Shown: positions 47,291-57,146 of the stretch, one piece after another
How the letters are laid out: each line of letters starts with the position of its first letter
How positions within the stretch are numbered: the stretch's first letter is position 1
NCBI GenBank assembly: GCA_017501545.1
Contig: JAFVWS010000044.1
Span: 10,240 to 74,239, forward strand
Source of the DNA: Clostridia bacterium
GTDB lineage: Bacteria > Bacillota > Clostridia > Oscillospirales > CAG-272
Reading direction: 5' to 3'
DNA length: 64,000 nt
Program-made: the position numbers and the translations under genes
Notes under the pieces: model-generated
What the model saw: only the letters and a program-made list of their open reading frames with translations
Database searches by the model: none
Told to the model about the DNA's origin: nothing

Positions 47291-48445
47291 ATGATTTATT
47301 TTGATAACAGCGCTACCACTAAAATGAGTGAGGGCGCACTTGCAAGGCTAAACGAGGTGGCGCTATACCATTTTGGAAATCCCTCGTCCCTACACAAGGT
47401 GGGGCTTGATGCAGAAAAGCTACTCAGCGCCTCACGTGAGGTGATTGCAAAAAGCCTCGGCATACAAAGAATGAGCCGTGGGGAAATTATTTTCACCTCA
47501 GGTGGGACTGAGTCAAACAATATTGCAATTTTAGGCAGTGCTTTTGCAAAAAAGAGAAGGGGCAATGAAAAAATTCTTGCCACAATGGGTGAGCATGCCT
47601 CGGTTGAAGCACCACTTAATTATCTTGAGTCCCTTGGCTACACGGTTTTGCGTGTGCCAACCAAGGGTGGCGCGCTTGATTTTGACTTTATTAGGCAAAA
47701 TAGTAGTGGCGTGATTTTAGCAACCTTTATGCACGTAAACAATGAAACAGGTGCATTATACGACGTAAAAACAGCATTTGAAATAGTCAAGGAAAACTCC
47801 CCGGAGGCTATTTTACATACTGACTGCGTGCAGTCCTACTTAAAGGTTAAATTTACAAAAAAATCCTTGGGCGCTGACCTAATTTCGATAAGTGGCCACA
47901 AGGTAAACGGCCCTAAGGGAATAGGCGCGCTATATATTAGTCCCGAAATAATCAAGCAGAAGAAGCTTTCACCACTTTTCTTAGGTGGTGGGCAAGAGGC
48001 AGGACTGCGCTCTGGCACTGAGAATTTATATTCCGCCTGTGCATTTGCCAAGGCAGTAGAGGAGCATTTAGCCTCATTTTCACAAAACGAGGAAATGGCT
48101 ACCTTGCGCGAATATATAGCAAGCGGGCTTGAAAAAATTGAGGGTGTTCGGGTGAATCGCCCTGCCGTGTGCGCCCCACACATTGTTAACGTAACAGTAA
48201 AGGGAATCAGAAGCGAAACGCTTTTACATTTCCTATCCTCAAAGGATATATACGTTTCAAGTGGCTCAGCGTGTGCCTCAAACGCGCAAAAGAAAAAGAG
48301 CATAGCACTCCTTGGCTTTGGTCTTAGTGATGACGATATAGACTCATCTATTAGAATTTCACTTTGCAAGGATAACACTAAGGATGAGGCAGATGCATTG
48401 TTTAGTGCAATAAAAGAAGCGACGGAAAAATTAGTAAGGAGATAA
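47291..48445 (+). CDS. Cysteine desulfurase (IscS/NifS-like, class V PLP enzyme)
   Basis: IYFDNSATT, FTSGGTESNN, HTDCVQ, SGHKVNGPKG and SSGSACAS. Confidence 0.92.
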   Translation: MIYFDNSATTKMSEGALARLNEVALYHFGNPSSLHKVGLDAEKLLSASREVIAKSLGIQRMSRGEIIFTSGGTESNNIAILGSAFAKKRRGNEKILATMGEHASVEAPLNYLESLGYTVLRVPTKGGALDFDFIRQNSSGVILATFMHVNNETGALYDVKTAFEIVKENSPEAILHTDCVQSYLKVKFTKKSLGADLISISGHKVNGPKGIGALYISPEIIKQKKLSPLFLGGGQEAGLRSGTENLYSACAFAKAVEEHLASFSQNEEMATLREYIASGLEKIEGVRVNRPAVCAPHIVNVTVKGIRSETLLHFLSSKDIYVSSGSACASNAQKKKSIALLGFGLSDDDIDSSIRISLCKDNTKDEADALFSAIKEATEKLVRR

Positions 48446-48447
48446 AA

Positions 48448-49575
48448 ATGAACTTTGATTTAAGCGTTTTATGGGAAAATATCGCTGAAATCTTCAAGGA
48501 CGGTGGCTGGAAAATGCCCGTTATGTGGATTATTGGCGGTGTGCTTATTTTCCTTGCAATTAAAAAGGAAATGGAGCCAACGCTCCTTTTGCCAATGGGC
48601 TTTGGTGCAATTTTGGTTAACCTACCAAACTCAGGCGCAAAAGACGTAATTGACCATTTATTTGATATAGGTATTGACTCACACGAGCTATTTCCACTTA
48701 TCCTATTTATAGGTATAGGTGCAATGATAGACTTTGAGCCATTACTAACTAACCCTAAATTAATGCTATTTGGTGCAGGTGCGCAGTTTGGTATATTCTT
48801 TACCCTTTGCATGGCATCACTTCTTGGCTTTGATTTAAAGGACGCAGCATCAATTGCAATTATCGGTGCAGCAGACGGCCCAACCTCAATCTTCGTTGCA
48901 AATATGCTTAATTCAAACTATACAGCGGCGATAATGGTGGCGGCGTATTCGTATATGGCACTTGTTCCTGTTATACAGCCACCGATTATCAAGCTTTGCA
49001 CGACCAAAAAGGAAAGAAAAATCCGTATGGAATATACAGGCAGAAAGGTATCAAAGCTTACAAAGATACTTTTCCCAATCGTAGTTACGGTTATAGTTGG
49101 TCTTGTTGCCCCAGATGCAGTGGCGCTCATAGGATTTTTAATGTTTGGTAACCTAATTCGTGAGTGTGGAGTATTAAATTCACTTTCTGAAACTGCCCAA
49201 AAGGTGCTTGCAAATCTAATTACAATCTTCCTTGGCATTACAATTGCATCACAAATGACAGCAAACGAGTTCTTGAAATTTGAAACACTTGTAATTATCG
49301 GTCTTGGCTTAGTGGCGTTCATATTCGACACCTTCGCAGGGGTTATGCTTGCAAAGATTATGAACCTATTTAGCAAGAAAAAGATTAACCCAATGATAGG
49401 CGCAGCCGGTATTTCAGCATTCCCAATGTCTGCGCGTGTTGTTCATAAGCTCGGCCTTGAGGCTGACAACCAAAACTTCCTACTTATGCACTCAATAGGT
49501 GTAAACGTTTCGGGTCAGGTTGCTTCAGTTATCGCAGGTGGCTTGCTCCTTGCCTTTGTGCAAGCATTAGTGTAA
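48448..49575 (+). CDS. oadB: Na+-translocating decarboxylase beta subunit (OadB/MmdB/GcdB family)
   Basis: EPTLLLPMGFGAILVNLP, IGAADGPT, AYSYMALVP and GISAFPMSAR. Confidence 0.92.
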   Translation: MNFDLSVLWENIAEIFKDGGWKMPVMWIIGGVLIFLAIKKEMEPTLLLPMGFGAILVNLPNSGAKDVIDHLFDIGIDSHELFPLILFIGIGAMIDFEPLLTNPKLMLFGAGAQFGIFFTLCMASLLGFDLKDAASIAIIGAADGPTSIFVANMLNSNYTAAIMVAAYSYMALVPVIQPPIIKLCTTKKERKIRMEYTGRKVSKLTKILFPIVVTVIVGLVAPDAVALIGFLMFGNLIRECGVLNSLSETAQKVLANLITIFLGITIASQMTANEFLKFETLVIIGLGLVAFIFDTFAGVMLAKIMNLFSKKKINPMIGAAGISAFPMSARVVHKLGLEADNQNFLLMHSIGVNVSGQVASVIAGGLLLAFVQALV

Positions 49576-49588
49576 GGGGGTGCTTGAA

Positions 49589-50029
49589 ATGAAAAAGAGA
49601 ATTTTATCAGTAGTAATTTTAGCACTTTGCTTAGCCTCACTATTTGCAGTAAGCGCCTTTGCAATTTCAGGTCCTGATGCGCCTTTAAAGGACTGCACAA
49701 ATGAGGAATGTGGCGCAAAGCTAAACGCATATGACAATTTCTGCTCTAAATGTGGCACTAAATATACTGAGCCAGAAGAAGAGGAAATTTGTCAGGTGTG
49801 CAAGGACGACAACATCGAAACAACCTACTGCCCAGAGTGTGGAAGACAGGTTGAAAAGGAAATGAAATTCAAGCTCGACTTTGAAGCCCTTGGAGAAAGC
49901 GCTATGATTCTTTGCAAGGGTATGCTTGGCATCTTCATCGTAACAGGCATAATAATTGCATTTATCCTAATTCTAAACACAACGGTTGAAAAGATAAAGC
50001 AAATAAAGGAAAACAAAGAGAATAAATAA
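49589..50029 (+). CDS. Signal peptide + double zinc ribbon + OadG-like membrane helix
   Basis: AFA signal end; CTNEEC...CSKC and CQVC...CPEC; C-terminal KGMLGIFIVTGIIIAFILILN. Located immediately after oadB. Confidence 0.65.
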   Translation: MKKRILSVVILALCLASLFAVSAFAISGPDAPLKDCTNEECGAKLNAYDNFCSKCGTKYTEPEEEEICQVCKDDNIETTYCPECGRQVEKEMKFKLDFEALGESAMILCKGMLGIFIVTGIIIAFILILNTTVEKIKQIKENKENK

Positions 50030-50032
50030 AAT

Positions 50033-50061
50033 AAAAGAGTCCGCGAAAAGCGGACTCTTTT
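50033..50061. terminator. Bidirectional intrinsic terminator
   Basis: AAAAGAGTCCGC-gaaaa-GCGGACTCTTTT between convergent genes. Confidence 0.85.
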
Positions 50062-51239
50062 TATAATATTAAATTCCATAGTAGGTTAAACCCAAGCAAG
50101 ATAGCAAGGAATGCAAAGTTGAATGCGCTGAATTTAAGTATGTATTTTAGTGCGCCCTTTGGCTTTTCCTTTAGGTACTCGCGCAGGGTAATTAAGCTGG
50201 CAAGAGAGGAGATAAGCGTGCCGACACCGCCAATGTTTACGCCAAGGAGCAAATCGCGATAATTACTTGTGAATTGTGAGAGCAAAATTGCACTTGGCAC
50301 GTTGCTTATAACCTGGCAGGAAAGGGTGGAGAACACAAGTGTGTTCTTTTCAAGCAAGAAGCCGAAAAACTCCTTTACTACGTCTATTCTTGCCATATTT
50401 CCAGAGAAAATAAAGAAGAACACGAAGGTTAAAAGCAATGGGTAGTCAACCTTTAAAAGCGCGCGCCTGTCCATAATTAAAAGCGCAATAAGAATGACAA
50501 TGGGGCCAATCCAGTATGGGATTAGCTTAAACACAATCACGATAGCTAATGCAAAAAGCACAAGATAGATAATTGTGCGCACCTTAGGTAGCTTAATAGG
50601 CTCATTTTCTACGTTTAATTTCTCGCCACGCACAAAGATAATGCACGCAAGGGTGATAAGCGCAATTGAAAGGATAAACGACGGAAGCATAATCCACATA
50701 AACTCAAGCGTGTTTATCTCAAATTTAGAGTAGAGATATAAATTTTGTGGGTTGCCAAATGGGGTTAGCATTCCACCTAAATTAGCAGAGATATTTTGCA
50801 TAATAAAGGTAAATGCCATATATTTTTCCTTACCCGTTGTCTTTAAAACGAGATAGCCAAGGGGTAAAAAGGTAAGCAGTGCCATATCGTTGGCTATTAG
50901 CATTGAGCCGATAAAGGTTATGTAAACAAGCGCCAAAACGCTTAGCCTTGCAGTTTTAAAAAGGGTAACTATTTTTTTGGCAAGCGTGTAGAAGAATTTA
51001 ATATTCTTAAGCGCGCAAACCACTGCCAAAACAGAGAAAAGACACGCAAGGGTTTTAAAGTCAAAATAGCCGAGGTAGCTTTTGTCTGGTGGGACAAAAA
51101 AGCACGTAACTACTGCAAGCGTTAGTGCAATAAGCATAACAATATTTTTCTTAATAAAGGACACGCTTCTCATTCTAATAGCAAGCATTAATTCCTTGAA
51201 CGATGCGTGCTTTTTAATATGCTCGTTTTTGCTTTTCAT
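50061..51239 (-). CDS. IT-superfamily permease (SLC13/ArsB/NhaD-like)
   Basis: ANDMALLTFLP, ANLGGMLTPFGNPQNLY, ISNVP and GVNIGGVGT. Confidence 0.85.
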   Translation of the reverse strand: MKSKNEHIKKHASFKELMLAIRMRSVSFIKKNIVMLIALTLAVVTCFFVPPDKSYLGYFDFKTLACLFSVLAVVCALKNIKFFYTLAKKIVTLFKTARLSVLALVYITFIGSMLIANDMALLTFLPLGYLVLKTTGKEKYMAFTFIMQNISANLGGMLTPFGNPQNLYLYSKFEINTLEFMWIMLPSFILSIALITLACIIFVRGEKLNVENEPIKLPKVRTIIYLVLFALAIVIVFKLIPYWIGPIVILIALLIMDRRALLKVDYPLLLTFVFFFIFSGNMARIDVVKEFFGFLLEKNTLVFSTLSCQVISNVPSAILLSQFTSNYRDLLLGVNIGGVGTLISSLASLITLREYLKEKPKGALKYILKFSAFNFAFLAILLGFNLLWNLIL

Positions 51240-51364
51240 AAAATCCCCCCTTTTTATTTTGCATATGAAAGTATAATCTTTTCACTATTATTTGTCAAGT
51301 AGTGCTTGCACAATTTTGCAAATTATTATATAATAATTTTAACAAAGCCTTTGGGGGACATTCT

Positions 51365-52243
51365 ATGAAAAAGATATTTATAGTTGGAAGCTTAAATTAT
51401 GACCTTGTAATAAACGCGCCGTATATGCCAGTTGGTGGGGAAACTATAAAGGGCAGTGACTTTATGACAAATGCAGGTGGCAAGGGCGCAAACCAAGCGT
51501 ATGCGTGTGGCAAGCTTGGTGGGCGCGCATATATGTGTGGTGTTGTCGGTGAGGACTCCTTTGGAAAAGCACTGATTGATAGCTTAAATGGCGTGGGCGT
51601 CGACACCACGTACGTAAGACGTCAAGAGGGTGTTTCAACGGGTGTTGCCGTAATTGTGGTTACCGAGGGTGAAAATCGTATAATAATAGACAGTGGCGCA
51701 AACGCATATCTAAGCGAGGCAGATATTGATTTGGCGCTTAGTGGGGCACAGGTGGGCGATATTTATCTAACCCAGCTTGAAAACCCGATTGATATAGTAG
51801 GCTATGGACTCAAAAAAGCTAAGGAAAAGGGCCTCACAGTTGTATTGAACCCAGCGCCAGCCTCACGCGAAATTATAAAATATCTTGAATATGTTGATAT
51901 AATCACCCCAAACGAAACAGAGCTTGAAATTTTAGGTGGCAAGGACGCATTATTTGAAGCTGGCATTAATATAGTTATTACCACCTTAGGTGGGGCAGGC
52001 TATGAAATTGCCACTAATGCGGGCGCAAAAATCTACCCATGCATTAAGGTAAGCGTTGTTGACACAACTGCCGCAGGCGATACTGCCACAGGGGGACTTT
52101 GCGTTAAGCTTGCCGAGGGAGAAAATATTGAAAATTCAATAGCCTTTGGCTCACTGTGTGCATCACTTGCATGCACTAAGCGTGGCGCACAAATGTCAGT
52201 GCCAAGCCTTGACGAGGTAAACGAATATCTAAATAACAACTAG
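51365..52243 (+). CDS. rbsK: Ribokinase (PfkB family)
   Basis: VGSLNYD, GGKGANQA, LNPAP, PNETE and VDTTAAGD. ATG at 51365. Confidence 0.88.
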   Translation: MKKIFIVGSLNYDLVINAPYMPVGGETIKGSDFMTNAGGKGANQAYACGKLGGRAYMCGVVGEDSFGKALIDSLNGVGVDTTYVRRQEGVSTGVAVIVVTEGENRIIIDSGANAYLSEADIDLALSGAQVGDIYLTQLENPIDIVGYGLKKAKEKGLTVVLNPAPASREIIKYLEYVDIITPNETELEILGGKDALFEAGINIVITTLGGAGYEIATNAGAKIYPCIKVSVVDTTAAGDTATGGLCVKLAEGENIENSIAFGSLCASLACTKRGAQMSVPSLDEVNEYLNNN

Positions 52244-52252
52244 GAGATTGAA

Positions 52253-53191
52253 ATGAAAAAAGTAGTATCACTCTTGTTTATATCTTTTGCATTGTGCTTT
52301 GTTTTAATTTCTTGTGGCAGTGATAAGGATGTTTACGAAAGCAACCAAAACACCGAAAACACAGATAATGCTGAAAACACAGATAATGCTGAAAACAAGG
52401 AAAACGAAAAATCACCACAGCCAACCACGGGTCTTGAATATACATTGCTTGACAATGGTACCTACGAAGTAAGTGGCATAGGCACAGCGACAAGGATTGC
52501 TAACATAGTAATTCCCTCAACCTATAACGGCAAGGCGGTTACAAAAATTGGAGGAGATGCTTTTCGTGGTTGCAAGGGGATTATAACAGTAACTCTACCA
52601 GAGGGGATAAGTGAAATTGGTAGAAACGCCTTTTCAAACTGTACAGCTCTTGCCTCAGTAAAATTGCCTAATGGACTTATAAATATTGGATCGTGGTCGT
52701 TTAGTTATTGCTATGCTATTGCCTCAATAGATTTGCCAGATAGCATAGAAAGCATTGGAGAGGGCGCATTTAATTCATGTAAAGCCCTTGAAAGCATTGA
52801 AATACCCGAAGGGGTAAGGGAAATATGTAGTGCAACATTTTCTTTTTGCTCGGCTCTTAGAAAAGTAGAGCTACCAGCGAGCTTAAAAGTGATTGAGCAA
52901 GAAGCGTTTGTTGATTGTGGCGCCCTTGAAAGCATAATAATCCCAGGTGGGGTAGAGAGTGTAGAAGAATATGCGTTTGCCTACAATACAGCATTAAAAA
53001 AAGTAGTCTTTGAGCATGGAGTGAAAAGAATATGTGGATATGCATTTACGAATTGTACAGCACTTACCAGCATAGAGCTTCCAGAAAGCTTAGAAAAAAT
53101 AGAGAGCTATGCATTTAACTATTGTACAGTGCTTACAAATGTGTATATTCCAAATGAAACAAGAGTAGAAGCAGACGCTTTTTATAATTAA
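52253..53191 (+). CDS. BspA-type leucine-rich repeat lipoprotein
   Basis: Lipobox LISC; repeated LPxxLxxIGxxAFxxCxxL units; 18-bp NTDNAE duplication in the linker. Confidence 0.92.
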   Translation: MKKVVSLLFISFALCFVLISCGSDKDVYESNQNTENTDNAENTDNAENKENEKSPQPTTGLEYTLLDNGTYEVSGIGTATRIANIVIPSTYNGKAVTKIGGDAFRGCKGIITVTLPEGISEIGRNAFSNCTALASVKLPNGLINIGSWSFSYCYAIASIDLPDSIESIGEGAFNSCKALESIEIPEGVREICSATFSFCSALRKVELPASLKVIEQEAFVDCGALESIIIPGGVESVEEYAFAYNTALKKVVFEHGVKRICGYAFTNCTALTSIELPESLEKIESYAFNYCTVLTNVYIPNETRVEADAFYN

Positions 53192-53245
53192 TTCAACAGG
53201 ATTCTTGTGAGTCGCAATGACAGAAGCAAAAATCATCTATAACTA

Positions 53246-53286
53246 AATAAGACCCTGTGTGCAAAAAACGCACACAGGGTCTTATT
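53246..53286. terminator. Bidirectional terminator with a perfect 17-bp stem
   Basis: AATAAGACCCTGTGTGC-aaaaaac-GCACACAGGGTCTTATT between convergent genes. Confidence 0.85.
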
Positions 53287-53301
53287 TTTACTTTAAAAAT
53301 C

Positions 53302-54984
53302 TTAAATCTTTAGCTTTTCCATAACCTCGCGGAATCTTTGCTCGTTTACCTTGCACACGCGCCTGTCGTAGGTTAAAAATCCGTTTGTTTCGTCCTCAAC
53401 GTCCGAAAGCTGTGTGTAAATGGCGCCACAAAGCCCGTTTTTAATGCTTGGGATTACCTCGTTTTCGTATAGTGAGATAAGCGCATCCTCAAACGCGCCC
53501 TGCTCCTTAAATAGCTTGTAGCCGTAGGTCTTTTTGTCGTTTGCGCAGTGGTCGCTTACCTTATAGCTATACCCGCCAAACTCGGAAAGGATAATGGGCT
53601 TTTTCGACTCCTTAATTTTTACCCTTTTAAAGTAAACGTGCAGGCTTTCAACGTCGCTTGTGTGTCCGCCAAACCAGCCAGAATTTGTGTCAACTATGCG
53701 TGATTGGTCAAGCTCCTTTAGTGTAAAATACATCTTGTCACTATCAAATTGTCCCCAGCCCTCATTGAAAATAGTGTAGTAGCAAACCGAGGGGTGGTTG
53801 TATAGCTGAGATACAGTCTTTTTTAGCGAGTCAACAAACGCATTTTTTTGCTTGTCCGTGCGCTTAAGTAGCTTTTCTGAAAGGCGCTTTATTCCTATGG
53901 TTGGCAGTGCAGTGTCGCGCAAAAATGAATATTTTCCATTGTTAACCATATCCTGAAAAACAACCATGCCAAGCCTATCGCACTGGTAGTAAAACTCCTC
54001 TGGCTCAATTTTAATATGCTTTCTTATGGTGTTGAAGCCAAGCGATTTCATTTTAAGAATATCATTTTCATACTCGCTTGGATCAGCGGGGGTGTAAATT
54101 CCGTCGCTAAAGTAGCCTTGGTCAAGCACGCCATTGAAGAAATACGGCTTGCCATTTAGTAAAATGCGCGCAATGCCACCAACCTTGTCAACCTCAATTT
54201 TGCGCAGTGCAAAATACGATTTAATTTCGTCTCTGGCATATTTTGCAGTGAAGTGGTATAGGTGCGGGCTTTCTGGTGACCATAAAATAGGGCTGTCGAA
54301 TTTTATTTTGCAATACTCGTTTATAATAGGATAGCACTTGTCTCCCTCTGGTAGGTGAAGGGTCACCTCGCCATTTGTTGCACCCTCTAAATAAATCTTG
54401 CAAAAGTCAAGCCCTGTGTCTATTTTTAGCGATTTTATGTAGTCACGTGGTACGCTTTCAAGCCATACGCTTTGCCAAATTCCTGAAATTGGGGTGTACC
54501 ACATACCGCCACGCTTGTAGGACTGCTTTCCGTAAGGGTAGGTGTGGTCCTTCAGGGCGTCAATCACCTCAATGGCGATGGTGTTTTCACGATTAATATA
54601 ATCAGTTACGTCAAAGGAAAATGAGTCATACCCACCCATATGAACGCCCAAAAGGTGGTCGTTTAAGTAAACGGAGCAAATGCCGTCAACTGCGCCAAAA
54701 TGCAAAATAACATTGTCCTTTATAAAGCCCTGGTGCAGTGTAAATTGCTTTTTATAGGTAAGAGGAGTAGCATCAGGGAAAACCTTATGCACCCTTGAAA
54801 GAAGTGACTCGGGGGAAAATGGCACAATAATTTCACCCGAAAAAAGCCCACTTACAGAAAAATCCCATGCGCCGTTTAGCGAAAAATAGGACTCACGCAC
54901 AAGCTGAGGTCTTGGGTATTTATTATGCTCACAGCCCGAAAAGCTTTCGCCAGCCTTAGTTAATAGATGCTTAATTTCCCTCAT
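53302..54984 (-). CDS. GH2 family glycoside hydrolase
   Basis: YPRPQLVR, LHFGAVD, SGIWQSVWLE, GVLDQG, RKHIKIE, HPSV...FNEGWGQ and SEFGG. ATG at 54984 with GGAGG RBS. Confidence 0.9.
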   Translation of the reverse strand: MREIKHLLTKAGESFSGCEHNKYPRPQLVRESYFSLNGAWDFSVSGLFSGEIIVPFSPESLLSRVHKVFPDATPLTYKKQFTLHQGFIKDNVILHFGAVDGICSVYLNDHLLGVHMGGYDSFSFDVTDYINRENTIAIEVIDALKDHTYPYGKQSYKRGGMWYTPISGIWQSVWLESVPRDYIKSLKIDTGLDFCKIYLEGATNGEVTLHLPEGDKCYPIINEYCKIKFDSPILWSPESPHLYHFTAKYARDEIKSYFALRKIEVDKVGGIARILLNGKPYFFNGVLDQGYFSDGIYTPADPSEYENDILKMKSLGFNTIRKHIKIEPEEFYYQCDRLGMVVFQDMVNNGKYSFLRDTALPTIGIKRLSEKLLKRTDKQKNAFVDSLKKTVSQLYNHPSVCYYTIFNEGWGQFDSDKMYFTLKELDQSRIVDTNSGWFGGHTSDVESLHVYFKRVKIKESKKPIILSEFGGYSYKVSDHCANDKKTYGYKLFKEQGAFEDALISLYENEVIPSIKNGLCGAIYTQLSDVEDETNGFLTYDRRVCKVNEQRFREVMEKLKI

Positions 54985-55107
54985 AAAAGCCTCCAAAGGT
55001 TACTTCTAAGTATATTTTAGCACTATTTTCCAGCTTTTTCAATACTTGACAAAGCATATTCATTATTATATAATAATGAGGGGAGATAAAAACGTCTTGG
55101 AGGTCTT

Positions 55108-56181
55108 ATGGAAGAAAAGAAAAATCTTGAGGCGCAAACTATGGAAAAGACAATAGAGGCGACAAGCGAGGCAACAGCCGAGGAAGCGCCTAAGAAGAAG
55201 GTAAAAAGATTTAATTTAAAATGGCTTGACGGAATTGAAGAAAAGCCAAAGAAAATTAAGGGAACACCTGATGTAAATATTGAGCCGACCTCGAAGCGAG
55301 TAAAATTTTTTAGAGGCGTTTGGTCGTATATACTAATCACCTTTGGCACAGCGCTAATCGCTGCTGGAATTTATTTCTTTAAATTCCCAAATCACTTCAC
55401 AATAGGTGGAGTTAGCTCAATGGCGGTTTTACTTGCGCCACTCTTTAAGTCAGTATGGGGTGGAATTATTACTGAGTCGGTGATAATGACCGTATTAAAC
55501 ACAGTGCTACTTGTCGTTGCACTGATTATATTTGGTAAGAAATTTGCAATTAAAACTATTTATTCCACAATGCTGTTAAACGTAATAATGCTCGTGCTTG
55601 AAAGGGTAGTGCCACTTAATGGACCCCTTACTACTGAGCCGTTTCTTGAAATGCTACTTACAATAGGTGGCATCGCAGTTGGAAGCGCAATTCTTTTCAG
55701 CCAAGGCGCATCCAGTGGTGGAACTGACATAATTGCAATGATATTCAAGCGCTTTACAAGGCTTAATATCGGTACAGCACTTATGGTTACGGATGCTGTA
55801 ATTGTTGCACTTTCGCCACTTGTGTTCCACGATATGGAAAACTATATGACAATCTTTTTATGCTCAGCGACGGGCCTTTTCTTAAAATCATTTATTGTTG
55901 ATAACGTAATGGACGGCATCAACCTAAATAGATGCTTTATCATAGTTACCTCGCACCACAAAGAGGTTTGTGCGTTTATTAATAACGAGCTACATCGTGG
56001 CGCAACAATCTCAAATGCCGAGGGCTCCTTCTCACACGAGGAGAAGAAAATGATAATAACCGTTTTAAACCGTACGCAGGCATCAATTTTGAAGCAGTAT
56101 CTAAAGCAAGAGGACCCACACGCCTTTACAATAATCACAAACTCAAGCGATATTCAAGGCAAGGGCTTTAGAATAGTTTAA
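55108..56181 (+). CDS. YitT family membrane protein (DUF161 + DUF2179)
   Basis: GGVSSMA, ASSGGTDIIA, HRGAT and DPHAF. Confidence 0.88.
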   Translation: MEEKKNLEAQTMEKTIEATSEATAEEAPKKKVKRFNLKWLDGIEEKPKKIKGTPDVNIEPTSKRVKFFRGVWSYILITFGTALIAAGIYFFKFPNHFTIGGVSSMAVLLAPLFKSVWGGIITESVIMTVLNTVLLVVALIIFGKKFAIKTIYSTMLLNVIMLVLERVVPLNGPLTTEPFLEMLLTIGGIAVGSAILFSQGASSGGTDIIAMIFKRFTRLNIGTALMVTDAVIVALSPLVFHDMENYMTIFLCSATGLFLKSFIVDNVMDGINLNRCFIIVTSHHKEVCAFINNELHRGATISNAEGSFSHEEKKMIITVLNRTQASILKQYLKQEDPHAFTIITNSSDIQGKGFRIV

Positions 56182-56197
56182 AAAATTAGTATATCTA

Positions 56198-56261
56198 AAA
56201 AAAGCAAGCCACACGGCTTGCTTTTTCTTTATAAAGAAAAGCCCTCAAACGAGGGCTTTTT
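56198..56261. terminator. Two tandem terminator hairpins between convergent genes
   Basis: AAAGCAAGCC-acac-GGCTTGCTTT and AAAAGCCCTC-aaac-GAGGGCTTTT. Confidence 0.75.
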
Positions 56262-56264
56262 TAC

Positions 56265-56966
56265 TTACGCTTCCTTTTTTGAAAATAAAAGCTTGAATAT
56301 TAGTGCTGCAAGTGCTGCGCCAGCAAGTGGGCCAACAATGAAAATCCAAACCTGTGCAAGTGCATCTGTATTTCCAGCAAATGCTTGTAAAAGTGCAGGG
56401 CCAAATGAGCGCGCAGGGTTTACGCTTGTACCTGTTAGTCTTATGCCAAGAAGGTGTACAAGTGTAAGTGAAAGACCGATAACAAGTCCGCTTACTCTGC
56501 CGTTTTCGTCCTTTGAGGTAACACCCAAGATAGCGAAAACAAAGATAAAGGTAAGAACAATTTCAACTGCAAGTGCAACAAAGAGAGAGCCAACCTCACC
56601 ATATCCTACGGTGAGAACAGCCTGTGCTTGGTTACCACCGAGGCTGTCAAAGCCCTTAAAGAATAGGGCAACGATTGAAGCACCGAGTGTTGCGCCAAGT
56701 GTTTGCGCAATTACGTAGCCAAGAAAATCAAGTGCTGAGATTTTCTTTGTAATAAGCATAGCGAGTGAAACTGCAGGGTTGATATGGCAACCAGAAATAC
56801 TACCGATGGTGTAGGCAAGTGCCACAATGGCAAGACCAAAGGCAAGTGCTGTTGCAACGATTCCACCATTGTCAGAGCATCCAGTTGCTACTGCAACGCC
56901 ACAGCCAACGATAACAAGAACCATTGTGCCAATAAATTCTGCAACGTATTTTTTAAAGCTTTTCAT
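56265..56966 (-). CDS. MIP family channel (aquaporin Z-like)
   Basis: AEFIGT, SGCHINPAVS and GTSVNPARS (two NPA motifs). ATG at 56966 with AGGAGG RBS. Confidence 0.92.
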   Translation of the reverse strand: MKSFKKYVAEFIGTMVLVIVGCGVAVATGCSDNGGIVATALAFGLAIVALAYTIGSISGCHINPAVSLAMLITKKISALDFLGYVIAQTLGATLGASIVALFFKGFDSLGGNQAQAVLTVGYGEVGSLFVALAVEIVLTFIFVFAILGVTSKDENGRVSGLVIGLSLTLVHLLGIRLTGTSVNPARSFGPALLQAFAGNTDALAQVWIFIVGPLAGAALAALIFKLLFSKKEA

Positions 56967-57146
56967 AAAATCCTCCTTTACGGCATCTCGCCGTTTTACA
57001 TAAATTATTATACCACTATTACATAAAAAATTCAAGATATGGTAAAAATTAAGCAAAAAATTGTCAAAATAGCCCTACTTGACTATTCTTTTGTATTATG
57101 ATAAAATAAAAGGTAATATATTATTTTTCTTTAAAGGAGAAGTAAA

